Counted from the first letter of the stretch, positions 52,981 through 63,165 are shown. The stretch: 64,000 nucleotides of DNA from Hyphomicrobium sp. (GCF_009026145.1 NZ_WBUE01000011.1:40118-104117), one strand, 5' to 3'. The notes: generated from the letters alone by a model not told the origin. Numbers and translations are program-made.

Positions 52981-53717
52981 TCGGCTCGCGGCTCGACCAG
53001 AGACTGCAGCTGCAGCGCATTGTCGAGCGCGGCTCCGGCGGCGGTATTGTCGAAGATGCACCATACCTCGCGGCCGGAACGCGCCGTTTGCTGCAAACGT
53101 GTGGCAAGCGCCGCGAGGGACTCTGGCGTATAGGCGGAATAGTACATGCGCGGCGAGCCGTGCAGCCGGTAGTAGCGGACATGACCGAAGTCGGCGGCTT
53201 CGGTCGCCGCCGCCGGGGGCGGATCGGCATCGGCGCGCGCAACGTGGAACTTGCGAAACAGCCTTGCCGCCTCACCGCCGAACCATGCCGCATGGCGCGG
53301 CTCGCATACGACGTCGCCGGCGAATAGCTGTCTTAGGGTGGCGAAGAATGTGCCCGCCACGCTTGCATCGAACGCGAGCCTAGGCGGCAGCTGGATGAGC
53401 AAGGGCCCAAGCTTGTCGCCAAGGCCACCGGCCTCGCCGAGGAAGCGCTCGAGCGCGGCTTTAGTGTCCGCAAGCCGCGCCGCGTGCGTGACGGCCTTGG
53501 GCACTTTCACGGCGAAACGGAAGTCGGCCGGAACACTAGCCCCCCACCGTTCGTAGGTGCCGCGGCGATGCGGACGGTAGAACGAGGAGTTGATTTCGAC
53601 GGCGTTGAAGTGCCGCGCGTAGCGCTCCAGATGCGTGCCGGGGGGCGGATACGCATCTGCGCTCTCCTTGCGCAGCGCCCACCCGGCGCAGCCGATGCGG
53701 ATCAAACCGCGTGCCAT
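52977..53717 (-). CDS. DUF72 family protein (second paralog)
   Basis: IGCAGW, VEINSSFY, LLIQLPP, CEPRH, YYRLHG, IFDNT. Confidence 0.9.
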   Translation of the reverse strand: MARGLIRIGCAGWALRKESADAYPPPGTHLERYARHFNAVEINSSFYRPHRRGTYERWGASVPADFRFAVKVPKAVTHAARLADTKAALERFLGEAGGLGDKLGPLLIQLPPRLAFDASVAGTFFATLRQLFAGDVVCEPRHAAWFGGEAARLFRKFHVARADADPPPAAATEAADFGHVRYYRLHGSPRMYYSAYTPESLAALATRLQQTARSGREVWCIFDNTAAGAALDNALQLQSLVEPRAD

Positions 53718-53778
53718 GCAATTCCCATTCTGTGAGGAGGCACCCCGCGGTCGCCGCACGCCTGCCACGGCAAATAGG

Positions 53779-54870
53779 CTACTTCGCCCCCGCCACCGCT
53801 TTCCACACCGTACCGTCAATGGCCTCGAGCACGAGAATGCGCGCCGCGCCTTCGGCGGGCTGAATCGTGGTGGCGGGCAAGGTGATCGTCGCCCGCGCTC
53901 CCGTCTGCCCGCTGAAGCCGACGCGCTCGGTCTTGAAGCGCGACGCCCACACATAGGGATACCCGTTGCGGATGGCGGTGTCGGCAAGTGCGGCCAGCGC
54001 TTGCCCATCCCAGTGTGCGATCGTCTGGCCGGAGCCGTCGAGCAGCCTCGCGGCGATGATGTAGGCGGCGCCGGTGTCAGGTCCCGCATCGACGTATGCG
54101 TCGAACGTCACGCTGCCGTCGCCGGCGACGCTCGGTGCAGACAGCGCGATGTGATGGCGATGGAAGTTCACGCGCGAGTGCAGCGGCGAGACGACGGCGC
54201 CGAACAGGATCTGGTAGGTCAGAACCGTGAACAGCGCGCAGGCAACGCCCAGCCACAGTGCGAGGCGACGCAGCATCTCGGCCGGGAGCGGCCCGCTGAG
54301 CAGCCATGGTATCCAGGCGTAGCGCTGAGCCACGCTCGTCGACGCGAGGTAGCGCTCGTCGAGCGACCAGGCACCGCCCCCGGCGAGGAACACGGCCGAG
54401 CTCATGGCGACGCCCGACACGGCCATGGTCCACTCGTCGAGGCAGGTCGATCCCATCCAGCCGAAGATCACCATCAGGACGACGTTGAGCCATATGCTGA
54501 CAAGCGCAGAGAGGCGCGTCGCCAGGCCGAGCATCAGCCCCAGCCCGACGGCAAGCTCGGCGAACGTCCACATCCACACCGAGGCGACGATGAGGTCGGG
54601 ATGGCGCAGCGTCCACTCGATGGGGCCCTGCACCCACAGCGCGCCGGGCAGCGCGTGGGTCAGCTTCGCGGCGACGAAGCCCGGTATATCGAAATCCAGC
54701 TTGACCGCGTGCTCGACGCCGGCGACGTCGTGGAAGTCATAGACGAGGCGCCGCGTGGCTCCGCCCCAGAAGATGAAACCTTGCACGAAGCGGGTGCCGA
54801 GGAGGATCAGCGCCGCCAGCGACAGTGCCCCCGCCGATGCCCTAGGCTCGATTTGGTCCGCATGCGCCAT
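53779..54870 (-). CDS. doxD: DoxD/DoxA fusion, thiosulfate:quinone oxidoreductase-like membrane protein
   Basis: RFVQGFIFWGG, FGWMGSTCLDEW, GGGAWSLD, and a C-terminal DoxA-like domain. Confidence 0.75.
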   Translation of the reverse strand: MAHADQIEPRASAGALSLAALILLGTRFVQGFIFWGGATRRLVYDFHDVAGVEHAVKLDFDIPGFVAAKLTHALPGALWVQGPIEWTLRHPDLIVASVWMWTFAELAVGLGLMLGLATRLSALVSIWLNVVLMVIFGWMGSTCLDEWTMAVSGVAMSSAVFLAGGGAWSLDERYLASTSVAQRYAWIPWLLSGPLPAEMLRRLALWLGVACALFTVLTYQILFGAVVSPLHSRVNFHRHHIALSAPSVAGDGSVTFDAYVDAGPDTGAAYIIAARLLDGSGQTIAHWDGQALAALADTAIRNGYPYVWASRFKTERVGFSGQTGARATITLPATTIQPAEGAARILVLEAIDGTVWKAVAGAK

Positions 54871-54993
54871 GCAACTTCTCCTGCTGCTCGGCGCGATCGG
54901 CGCCGCATTCGTGGACGGGAGCAACGTTAACGGCGATGCGCTAAAACCAGATTACGGGGAGCGCTTTCGTCTTCGCGAGCGGCAGCAAGGAGG

Positions 54994-55425
54994 GTGAACA
55001 TGGACAAGACTGCTACGACCATGGGCAGCTTCGATATCGCCGAGATCGCCGGCTCGCTCCCTGAAAGTGCCAGCACCTTGCTGGTCGATCGCTATCTCAC
55101 CGATCGCCCGTCGGCGAGCGCGCGCGTCTTCCGTGTCTATAAGCCGACGCCGCCGCACTATCACGCCAAGTGCGACGAGTACCTCTATGTGTTCTCGGGC
55201 CGCGGCACGTTCTGGATGGGTGACGCCTCGAAGAAGGCCGAGTTCGGGCCGGGGCAGCTCTTGCACTTCGAGCGCGGCACCGTGCATGCGCTCCCCGATA
55301 TCCTGGAGGCGCCGCTGGTGTTCCTGTCCATCGACACACCCCGCCGCGATCCAAAGGATGTCATCTTCGTCGATTCGAGCGATGGCACGCCGGAGAGCTT
55401 CATCCAGCACAGCGGCGGTTACTGA
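54994..55425 (+). CDS. Cupin domain protein
   Basis: PPHYHAKCDEYLYVFSGRG...GTVHA. Confidence 0.85.
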   Translation: MNMDKTATTMGSFDIAEIAGSLPESASTLLVDRYLTDRPSASARVFRVYKPTPPHYHAKCDEYLYVFSGRGTFWMGDASKKAEFGPGQLLHFERGTVHALPDILEAPLVFLSIDTPRRDPKDVIFVDSSDGTPESFIQHSGGY

Positions 55426-55444
55426 ACCGCACCCTGAGGGCGAC

Positions 55445-56284
55445 GTGAGACTGCTGGTCCGCACACTGCAGCGCCTCGCCATCTTCGCCATCGGCGCGAT
55501 CAGCGTCTGGCTGATTGTCTTCGTCGTCTTCGACTTCGCTGACCAGGAGCTGCCGGTCTACTTCGCGCTCCTCGCCACCTATGCCATCGGTGCTTACGTC
55601 ATCCTTCCCTATGCCGTGCGCATGGGGCTCAAGGTGCTGCAGCGCCGGCGCGTCCCGAGCTTCACCGTCGCCGCCGACGGGCTGCCAGCTGATCCCGTCA
55701 ATCTCGTGCTGTTCGGCACGCGCGATGAGCTGCGCACCGCGTTCGCTACCATCGGCTGGGTCGAGGCCGACAAGCTGAGCCTCGCCAGCTCCTGGCGCAT
55801 GGCGAAGGCGTTCGTGCTCAACCGCCCCTATCCGGCTGCACCATTCTCGACGCTGTATCTCTTTGGGCGCGGGCAGGACATCGGCTTCCAGAAGGCCATC
55901 GGCGACAGCCCGCGCAAGCGCCATCACGTGCGCTTCTGGGGACGCAGTCTGGAAGACACGCAGGATATCGACACGGCGAGCTTCTGGCTCAACACCGACG
56001 TTCCCGCGCCGGGTGCGCGCGTGCCTTGGGTTGGTGCCGGCACACGCGACACCGGCTTCGGCCTCACCAAGCTGACGTTCCAGATCACGCACCGCACCGA
56101 TGCCGACACCAACGCCGAGCGCGATTACATTGTCGGTGAGCTCCGTGATGCGGGCGCTTTGGGCGAGGCGGTATCGGTCGAGGCCGGCGACCGAATCCCC
56201 GGGGAGCACGTCAACCGCTACATCACGGACGGTGATGTCGCCGTCGCGGCGCTGGGCAAAGACGCGGCGCTGCCGCGTGTTTAG
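55445..56284 (+). CDS. LssY C-terminal domain membrane protein
   Basis: Two TM helices, DPVNL, PFSTLYLFGRGQD, RHHVRFW, QITH..D..T.AERD. Confidence 0.82.
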   Translation: MRLLVRTLQRLAIFAIGAISVWLIVFVVFDFADQELPVYFALLATYAIGAYVILPYAVRMGLKVLQRRRVPSFTVAADGLPADPVNLVLFGTRDELRTAFATIGWVEADKLSLASSWRMAKAFVLNRPYPAAPFSTLYLFGRGQDIGFQKAIGDSPRKRHHVRFWGRSLEDTQDIDTASFWLNTDVPAPGARVPWVGAGTRDTGFGLTKLTFQITHRTDADTNAERDYIVGELRDAGALGEAVSVEAGDRIPGEHVNRYITDGDVAVAALGKDAALPRV

Positions 56285-57900
56285 CCCTGCGTCACCGCCT
56301 TCACGTCGATGAACTTGATGTCCGGGTTGCGCTCGGCAACCCAGTTCAGGCTGAACACGGAAGGCGCCATGTAGACGTAGTCGCCCTCCGAGTCCTTGGC
56401 GACCGACGACCGGTTTATCTCGATGAAGCGGTTGAGCTTCGCCGGATCGTCCGCTTCGATCCAGCGCATCACCTCGCACGGCGCCGTCTCGAAGCCGATC
56501 GGCAGACCGTACTCGTGCGTCAGGCGGTCTCCCAGCACGTCGAGCTGCAGCGCGCCGATGACGCCGACGATGGGCGGCGTGCCGTCGAGCGGCGAGAACA
56601 GCTGCACCACGCCTTCTTCGGCCATCTCTTTCAGCGCGTCCTTCAGCTTCTTGGCGCGGATCGCGTCCTCGAGCCGGATGCGACGTAGGATCTCCGGCGC
56701 GAAGCTCGGGATGCCGAGGAACTGCACGTCCTCGCCCTCGGTCAGCGCATCGCCGATGCGCAATGTGCCGCGGTTCGGGATGCCGACCACGTCGCCGGCG
56801 TAGGCCTCCTCGGCCAGCGAGCGGTCCTGCGCGAAAAAGAACTGCGGCGCGGTGAGCGCCATCGTCTTGTCGGTGCGCACGTGCTTCACCTTCATGCCGC
56901 GCGTCAGCCGCCCCGAGCACAGGCGCATGAAGGCCATGCGGTCGCGGTGGTTGGGGTCCATGTTCGCCTGGATCTTGAAGATGATGCCTGTCATCGCCGG
57001 CTCGGTCGCCTCGATGGTGCGCCTCGCCGCCTTGCGGCTGAGCGGCGGTGGCGCATAGGCAATGAGCGCGTCGAGCAGATCGCGCACGCCGAAGTTGCGC
57101 AGCGCGCTGCCGAAGTAGACCGGCGACAGCGCCCCTTCGCGGAAGGCCTTGAGGTCGAAAGAACCGCACGCGTCGCGCACCAACTCGATCTCCTCGCGCC
57201 AGGCTGCCAGCTCGTCCGGTTCCAGCAATGTCTCGAATATAGGATCGTCCGGCCCCGACACGGGCAGGCCCGCCGGATCCTCGTCGATGCGGCGGATACG
57301 CGGGGTCGACAAGTCGAACGTGCCGCGGAAGCCGCGCCCCTTACCGATCGGCCACACCATGGGCGCGGTATCCAGCGCCAGCACCTTCTCGATCTCGTCC
57401 AGGAGCTCGAGCGGCTCGCGCGCTTCGCGGTCAAGCTTGTTGATGAAGGTGATGATGGGAATGTCGCGGAGGCGGCACACCTCGAACAGCTTGCGCGTGC
57501 GCGCCTCAATGCCCTTGGCCGCGTCGATCACCATGATGGCGCTATCGACGGCGGTGAGGGTGCGGTAGGTGTGGTCGGAGAAGTCCTCGTGGCCCGGCGT
57601 GTCGAGCAGGTTGAAGACGGCGCCCTCGTACTCGAAAGTCATCACCGAGGTGACGACCGAGATGCCGCGCGCGCGCTCGATGGCCATCCAGTCGGAGCGT
57701 GTGTTGCGGCCATCCTTCTTCGCCTTCACCTGCCCGGCGAGCTGGATGGCGCCGCCGAACAGCAACAGCTTCTCGGTCAGCGTCGTCTTGCCGGCGTCGG
57801 GGTGCGAGATGATGGCGAAGGTGCGCCGGCGGCGGATCTCGGCGGCGAGCGCAGTATTGGTGGCGCCGTTGGCCTTGGCTGGCGCGATGTCGTTCGGCAT
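56281..57900 (-). CDS. prfC: Peptide chain release factor 3
   Basis: RRRTFAIISHPDAGKTT, DTPGHEDF, FKIQANMDPNHRDR. Confidence 0.96.
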   Translation of the reverse strand: MPNDIAPAKANGATNTALAAEIRRRRTFAIISHPDAGKTTLTEKLLLFGGAIQLAGQVKAKKDGRNTRSDWMAIERARGISVVTSVMTFEYEGAVFNLLDTPGHEDFSDHTYRTLTAVDSAIMVIDAAKGIEARTRKLFEVCRLRDIPIITFINKLDREAREPLELLDEIEKVLALDTAPMVWPIGKGRGFRGTFDLSTPRIRRIDEDPAGLPVSGPDDPIFETLLEPDELAAWREEIELVRDACGSFDLKAFREGALSPVYFGSALRNFGVRDLLDALIAYAPPPLSRKAARRTIEATEPAMTGIIFKIQANMDPNHRDRMAFMRLCSGRLTRGMKVKHVRTDKTMALTAPQFFFAQDRSLAEEAYAGDVVGIPNRGTLRIGDALTEGEDVQFLGIPSFAPEILRRIRLEDAIRAKKLKDALKEMAEEGVVQLFSPLDGTPPIVGVIGALQLDVLGDRLTHEYGLPIGFETAPCEVMRWIEADDPAKLNRFIEINRSSVAKDSEGDYVYMAPSVFSLNWVAERNPDIKFIDVKAVTQG

Positions 57901-58032
57901 TTGCGTGTTCTGGCGCCTGCGGTTGGGCGCGCGCGTGGCGCGGCACGGGTTGCGAGCGGTGCCCTTAGCACCGTTCACCCGTCAGGTCGATTCCTTGGGT
58001 GCCGGGCGCGACTTTGAGGCCGGCCGAGGGGC

Positions 58033-58323
58033 CTAACGCGCAGCCTTTCCGGCGCATTCGTCGATGAGCTTGGCACGCGCATCCTTCATCTTGGCGAGCT
58101 TGCCCTGCAGCGATTCCAGCAGCTTCCTCTGGTCGTCGGTAGAGCCGCCGGCGTCGACGATCTCGGCGCGCATCTCGGCGATGCTGGCCTCGCGCTTGGC
58201 GATGGCAATGTCGTGGTCGTTGAGCACCACGGCCGTGCTCTCGCTGGGGCAATCGTAGCTCACCGCGGTCGCGGGCGAGAGGACTGCCGAGCCGATCACG
58301 AATATCGTTGCCCCTGTTAGCAT
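58033..58323 (-). CDS. Hypothetical small secreted coiled-coil protein
   Basis: Signal-like N-terminus; helical hairpin flanked by two Cys. Confidence 0.55.
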   Translation of the reverse strand: MLTGATIFVIGSAVLSPATAVSYDCPSESTAVVLNDHDIAIAKREASIAEMRAEIVDAGGSTDDQRKLLESLQGKLAKMKDARAKLIDECAGKAAR

Positions 58324-58598
58324 ACTGGAATGCACCTCCGCCCCACCATGGGGCGGCGAAGCTAGCATCCGACGCGGGCTGCCGGCTCGGGAACAGAGTG
58401 CAATTCGGCGGCGAGCTGGCGCGGGAAGCTTCCATCGCCGCCGACGACACGTGGCCGGCGGCCACCCTCGAGCCGGCTCCAGGTGCTACTCCGACGCGTC
58501 GGGCGTCATGTCGGGCACTTGGTTGGCCGAAAATAGGGCGTCGCCGGCGCGCGGAACATCGTTTGTTCCAGCGCGCCGGGACGATCGGGGTGAACCCG

Positions 58599-59285
58599 TT
58601 ACTGGCTCAGCTTGATGCTGAGGGCAGCACGCGCCACGTCGATGTTGTCGAACGCCACGCGGTCACCCGTGTCGGCGACCGGGCCGCCGGACACTGGCGA
58701 GCTGGCGCCAAGGTCATAGCGCAGGTATTCGGCCCGCAGCGACACGCCATATGACATCATCACCTCGACGCCGCCGCCATAAGCGAGACCGTTGTCGTCG
58801 AGCCGCAGCTTGCTGGAGAAACCGGTGCTCGGCACATTCTGGGTGAATTCGAACTCCGAAAATCCCCAGCCGATCGAGCCGAACAGCAGCCAGTTGTTGA
58901 TCGCCCAGCCGAGCCGGGCGCGCACGCTGGCGAGATAGTTCATATCGGTGCCCACCACCGCAGCCGGTGTGCTCGCGACGTTGATGTTCTCGCCGCCGTC
59001 GGCGAGGGTCATGGCGTCGAACTCGACGCCGAGCAGAAGCTGGGCGCTCTGCCAATTATAGCCAATCTGGCCGCCGACCACGGCGCCATTCAGATCGCTG
59101 CCCGTCAAGTTGGTGACCGTGGCGCTGCTGTCGTATGTGCCGCCCACGTCTTGCCAGGCGTAGCCGCCGTTCACACCCACGTAGAGGCCGTTCCACGGAT
59201 TGGTGACCTGCGCCTGCGCCGGCGTCACAGCAAGCGTGACGGCGGCGGCGGCCAGCGATGCGGCCGCAAGATAAATCTGTCTCAA
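58599..59285 (-). CDS. Outer membrane beta-barrel protein (Omp25/RopB family)
   Basis: WNGLYVGVNGGY, GGQIGYNWQ, SVRARLG, SLRAEYLRYD. Confidence 0.88.
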   Translation of the reverse strand: MRQIYLAAASLAAAAVTLAVTPAQAQVTNPWNGLYVGVNGGYAWQDVGGTYDSSATVTNLTGSDLNGAVVGGQIGYNWQSAQLLLGVEFDAMTLADGGENINVASTPAAVVGTDMNYLASVRARLGWAINNWLLFGSIGWGFSEFEFTQNVPSTGFSSKLRLDDNGLAYGGGVEVMMSYGVSLRAEYLRYDLGASSPVSGGPVADTGDRVAFDNIDVARAALSIKLSQ

Positions 59286-59459
59286 AGCTACGTACTCCCT
59301 CGCTCGATTATTCCTTCCCCTCTACGCGGGTTACGCAACGAGCGACGGCTAACACGAAGGCGGACGCATCCATTGTTGCGGGGAGGCGGTTGTGCACACG
59401 GGCGCCTAGTTTTTAAACAGCAGATGAATAACTTTCGCTCCGGGGGTACGCCAGTCATC

Positions 59460-59969
59460 ATGCCTGTTTCCGAGATAAGGTTGCGCAAGGCGACGATCGA
59501 TGATCTGGCGCTGCTGCGCGCATGGGATGAGGAGCCGCACGTCGTGGCGGCGACGGGCGCCGACAGCGGCGGCTTCGATTGGGCGTATGAGCTGCCGCGC
59601 GAGGTCGACTGGCGCGAGTTGCTGATCGCCGAGCATGCGGGGCGTCCAGTGGGCATGCTGCAGATCATCGATCCGGCGATCGAGGAGAGCCACTACTGGG
59701 GTGATGCCGCGCCGAACCAACGCGCCATCGACATCTGGCTCGGCGATGGGGCGGATCTCAGCCGCGGCTTCGGGACGCAAATGATGCGGCTCGCCATAGA
59801 GCGCTGCTTCACAGATCCGTCGGTCACCACCGTGCTCGCCGATCCACTCGCCACCAACGAGCGTGCGCGTCGCTTCTACGAGCGGCTGGGCTTCAAGCGC
59901 ATCGAGCGCCGCATGTTTGGCGAGGACGATTGCTACGTCTATCGGCTGGCGCGTGACGACTGGCCGTGA
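59460..59969 (+). CDS. GNAT acetyltransferase (AAC(6')-like fold)
   Basis: W..EPHV, IDIWLG, RGFGT, DP...N.RARRFYERLGF. Confidence 0.82.
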   Translation: MPVSEIRLRKATIDDLALLRAWDEEPHVVAATGADSGGFDWAYELPREVDWRELLIAEHAGRPVGMLQIIDPAIEESHYWGDAAPNQRAIDIWLGDGADLSRGFGTQMMRLAIERCFTDPSVTTVLADPLATNERARRFYERLGFKRIERRMFGEDDCYVYRLARDDWP

Positions 59970-60000
59970 CCGTAGCATCCTGTGTGTTGTCGCGGTTGCC

Positions 60001-60435
60001 TTATCTCTGGATGGTCTCCAGATACCGTTTCAGCGCGATCACCGATCGGCGCGAGGCAGCAGCGCCGACCTTGCCGCGGCCGCCCTCGTCGCTGAACACC
60101 TTGCCCCACACGGGCATCGGGCCGCTGCCATGCGCAGCGATATTACCGCCGTAGGTGATGATCTCGACGACGCGCGGGGCCGGGAAAGCCCCGCCGGCGC
60201 GCTTGCTGATCTCGGTGAGGTCGGGCGGCGGAACGCTCAGCGTCGACGCCGCCGGACCGTTGCCGCCGGCGTCGGTCCCGTGGCAACTCGCGCAGCGGTC
60301 CTGGAACAGCGCATGCCCGAGCGCGATGGTGGCAGGTTCCAGATCTTGCGCCGCCGCGCTCATGGGGAGCGCCAGCATGGCCGCGAGCGCAGCAACGCGT
60401 AGGCGGGCGACGGAGGGGACTGAGTGCGGGGCCAT
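60001..60435 (-). CDS. Monoheme c-type cytochrome
   Basis: Signal peptide, CASCH, GNGP, PPDLT, HG..PMPVWG. Confidence 0.9.
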   Translation of the reverse strand: MAPHSVPSVARLRVAALAAMLALPMSAAAQDLEPATIALGHALFQDRCASCHGTDAGGNGPAASTLSVPPPDLTEISKRAGGAFPAPRVVEIITYGGNIAAHGSGPMPVWGKVFSDEGGRGKVGAAASRRSVIALKRYLETIQR

Positions 60436-60533
60436 GACCGACGAACCTTGCGAACGTAAAGCATCAGGCTATGGCACGAACTTCTAACGCTTGTTGAAGG
60501 CGGTGCGCTGACTTGCGTCAGATGCATGTTTTT

Positions 60534-61448
60534 TCAGGCTCGCAAGAAGGGGCGGAGCTTTGCCAGCAGGGCACCCGGCACCTCGTCTTGTGGCAGGTGA
60601 TTGCAGCGGCCGAGCGTTGCAAGTTGGGCGTTGGGCAGAATGCGCACGAGCCGCCGCCCGGTCGCCAGCGGCACGATGCGATCGCGCCGACACCAGACGA
60701 CGAGCGTCGGCTGCGTGACATAACGATAGCGCGCCCCCATGCGGGGCGTATTGCCATCGAGGATCGCCTGCACCGTGGCCATGAAGGCGTGGCGGCTGCC
60801 CCGCGTGTAATACGGCGCCGCATAGCCGCGAATGTCGGCCTCGGGGACGGCCCGGCCCGGCGCGCGCACGATGCGCAACATCACGCGCGCCAATACTTCC
60901 GGTGGGCTCAACGTCATCGCCACGTACGGTATCGCCGGTGCGCGCACGAGCTCTGCGGCGCCGGGAAAGTCTTGCTCGAGTGCCGGCGCATCGATGACGA
61001 CGAGACGATGAATGCGCCCCGGTTGCTGCGCGAAGCGCAGCGCCGTGAGCAGCGCGACGGTGCCGCCGAACGAGTGGCCGATGAGCGTGACGCCGGTGAG
61101 CCCGCGCTCGGCGATGAACGCCGCGACGAGCTCCGCCTGATCGGCCGCCGAATAGCGATAGTCGAGCGGCTTGTCGGAGCGGCCGAACCCCTTGAGATCG
61201 AGCGCAATGACGCGATGATCGCGCGCCAAGGCAGGCACCACGTGGCGCCAGGTAAACGTCGAGGCACCGAGGCCGTGCAGCAGCAGCAGCGGCGGTCCCT
61301 CGCCGGTCTCTTCGGCATAGAGCACGACCGATTGCCCCGCGGCGGCAACTTCGATGCTATAGGGGGAGGCCAGCGCCTCGGGCGCGAGTGCTGGCACGCC
61401 GAAGATGAGGAGAATGGCAAGGAATGTCGTTCGCCCGCTTCCGGCCAC
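60534..61448 (-). CDS. Alpha/beta hydrolase
   Basis: HGLG, DLKGFGRS, GHSFGG nucleophile, D and H catalytic candidates, signal-like N-terminus. Confidence 0.88.
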   Translation of the reverse strand: MAGSGRTTFLAILLIFGVPALAPEALASPYSIEVAAAGQSVVLYAEETGEGPPLLLLHGLGASTFTWRHVVPALARDHRVIALDLKGFGRSDKPLDYRYSAADQAELVAAFIAERGLTGVTLIGHSFGGTVALLTALRFAQQPGRIHRLVVIDAPALEQDFPGAAELVRAPAIPYVAMTLSPPEVLARVMLRIVRAPGRAVPEADIRGYAAPYYTRGSRHAFMATVQAILDGNTPRMGARYRYVTQPTLVVWCRRDRIVPLATGRRLVRILPNAQLATLGRCNHLPQDEVPGALLAKLRPFLRA

Positions 61449-61519
61449 GTGAGCTCCGAAGGCCTTTCTCGCAGGTTCGCGTGGAAAGCGGCCGGAGTGT
61501 TGCTGCCTCTTGCCTGCAA

Positions 61520-62908
61520 CTACGATGCCTTGACCTCCTCGGCGGTAATGCGCAGGGCCTCACAAATCTGCTCGGGGGTATGCTCGCTGGTGAGAAAGAA
61601 GCGCAGCCGCGCTGCCTTCAAGGGCACGGCGGGGTAGATGATCGGCAGCACATAGATGCCGCGCGCCAGCATGCGGTCGGTGACGCGCCCCGCACTGACG
61701 ATGTCGCCGACCATGACCGGGCAGATGGCATAGCCCTGGCACGTCGCGGTATCGAGGCCTAGGCGGCGCGCCTCGCTCAGGAACAGGCGGCCGTTGGCCT
61801 GCAGGCGCGCAACGCGCTCGGGCTCGGCGCGGGCGATCTTCAAGGCAGCGAGGGCGGCGGCGGCCAGCGGCGGCGACATTCCGACCGAGTAAACCTGCCC
61901 GGAGGCGCGAAAGCGCAGCACCTCGATCAGCGCCTCCGCGCCGCAGATATAGCCGCCGCAGGCGGCCAGCGCCTTGCTCAGCGTCCCCATCCAGATGTCG
62001 ACCTCGCCGGGATCGACGCCGGCGGCCTCGGCGATGCCATGGCCGGTGTGCCCGAGGACGCCGAAGGCGTGCGCCTCGTCGACCATCAGCCAGGCGCCGT
62101 AGCGGCGCTTGAGGTCAATGAGTGCGCGCAGATCCGGCATGTCGCCGTCCATCGAGTAGAGACCCTCGACGACGATGAGCACATTCTTGTGGTGGGCGCG
62201 CTCGCGCTCGAGCAGGCGCTGCAGCGAAGTCAGGTCGTTGTGGCGGAAGGCGAGAACGCGGGCGCCCGACAACTTGGCGCCGACGAGAATGCTGTTGTGG
62301 GACAACTCGTCGTGGAGGATGAGATCGCCCGGCTCGGTCAGCGCAGCGATGGTCGACACGTTGGTGGCGTGCCCGCTGACGAAGGTGAGCGCTGCCTCCG
62401 TGCGGTAGTGGGCAGACAGGGCCGCCTCTAGCTCGCGGTGCAAGTCGATCTCGCCGGCGACGATGCGGCTGGCCGACACCGACGTTCCATACTGCGCGAT
62501 CGCCGCCTGCGCCGCGGCCGACACGGCGGGGTGGCCGTTGAGCCCGAGATAGTCGTAGGCAGAGAAGTTGAGCAGCGTGCGGCCCTCGACCACGATGTAC
62601 GGCGTGCGGCTCGGCGCGTGGCACTGGTAGAACGGATCGCTGAATTGGAAACGCGCGGCAATGGCGCGATGCTTTTGGATGCCGGTGTAGGCGGTCAGCT
62701 CGTCGAAGGATTGCGATCGGCGCGGCGCCGTCGACGCCCGCCGGCGGGGCGCCAAGCTGAGCCTGTCGCGCCAGGAACGACAGAGGACAGCGGCGTCCTG
62801 CGCCATGGCGGCGCCGGCGAGACCCATGAGCGTGAGCAAGCGTGCCAGTCTGCCGTCCCGCGCCTGGCGCAAGTCCGGCCGAACGAGATCTGTCTCACGC
62901 GCGTCCAA
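61520..62908 (-). CDS. PLP-dependent alpha-oxoamine synthase family protein (BioF/SPT/RkpG-like)
   Basis: NFSAYDYLGL, SHNS, VEGLYSMDGD, VDEAH, GTLSK. Start uncertain. Confidence 0.85.
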   Translation of the reverse strand: MDARETDLVRPDLRQARDGRLARLLTLMGLAGAAMAQDAAVLCRSWRDRLSLAPRRRASTAPRRSQSFDELTAYTGIQKHRAIAARFQFSDPFYQCHAPSRTPYIVVEGRTLLNFSAYDYLGLNGHPAVSAAAQAAIAQYGTSVSASRIVAGEIDLHRELEAALSAHYRTEAALTFVSGHATNVSTIAALTEPGDLILHDELSHNSILVGAKLSGARVLAFRHNDLTSLQRLLERERAHHKNVLIVVEGLYSMDGDMPDLRALIDLKRRYGAWLMVDEAHAFGVLGHTGHGIAEAAGVDPGEVDIWMGTLSKALAACGGYICGAEALIEVLRFRASGQVYSVGMSPPLAAAALAALKIARAEPERVARLQANGRLFLSEARRLGLDTATCQGYAICPVMVGDIVSAGRVTDRMLARGIYVLPIIYPAVPLKAARLRFFLTSEHTPEQICEALRITAEEVKAS

Positions 62909-63165
62909 CGCTACGACCCCAGTTCTTGCCTGTCGTGCGCGGCAAAAGCGCTGCGGCGGCAGGCCCGGGCCAATATTGGCGCACTTCGCGGCTTTGGGGG
63001 AGGATTATCTGGCTACGGATGGCATCCCGCCGGCGAGCTGACTTGTCGGGGGCATGGGCCATCGCCCGGCACGCACTAGTTGCCGGGCCGCAATTTCCAA
63101 GCGATGTCAAAAGAGCAAGGCGCGCTGCATTGGCCCGCGGCGGGAAAGCCCGGGGTGATAGACAC

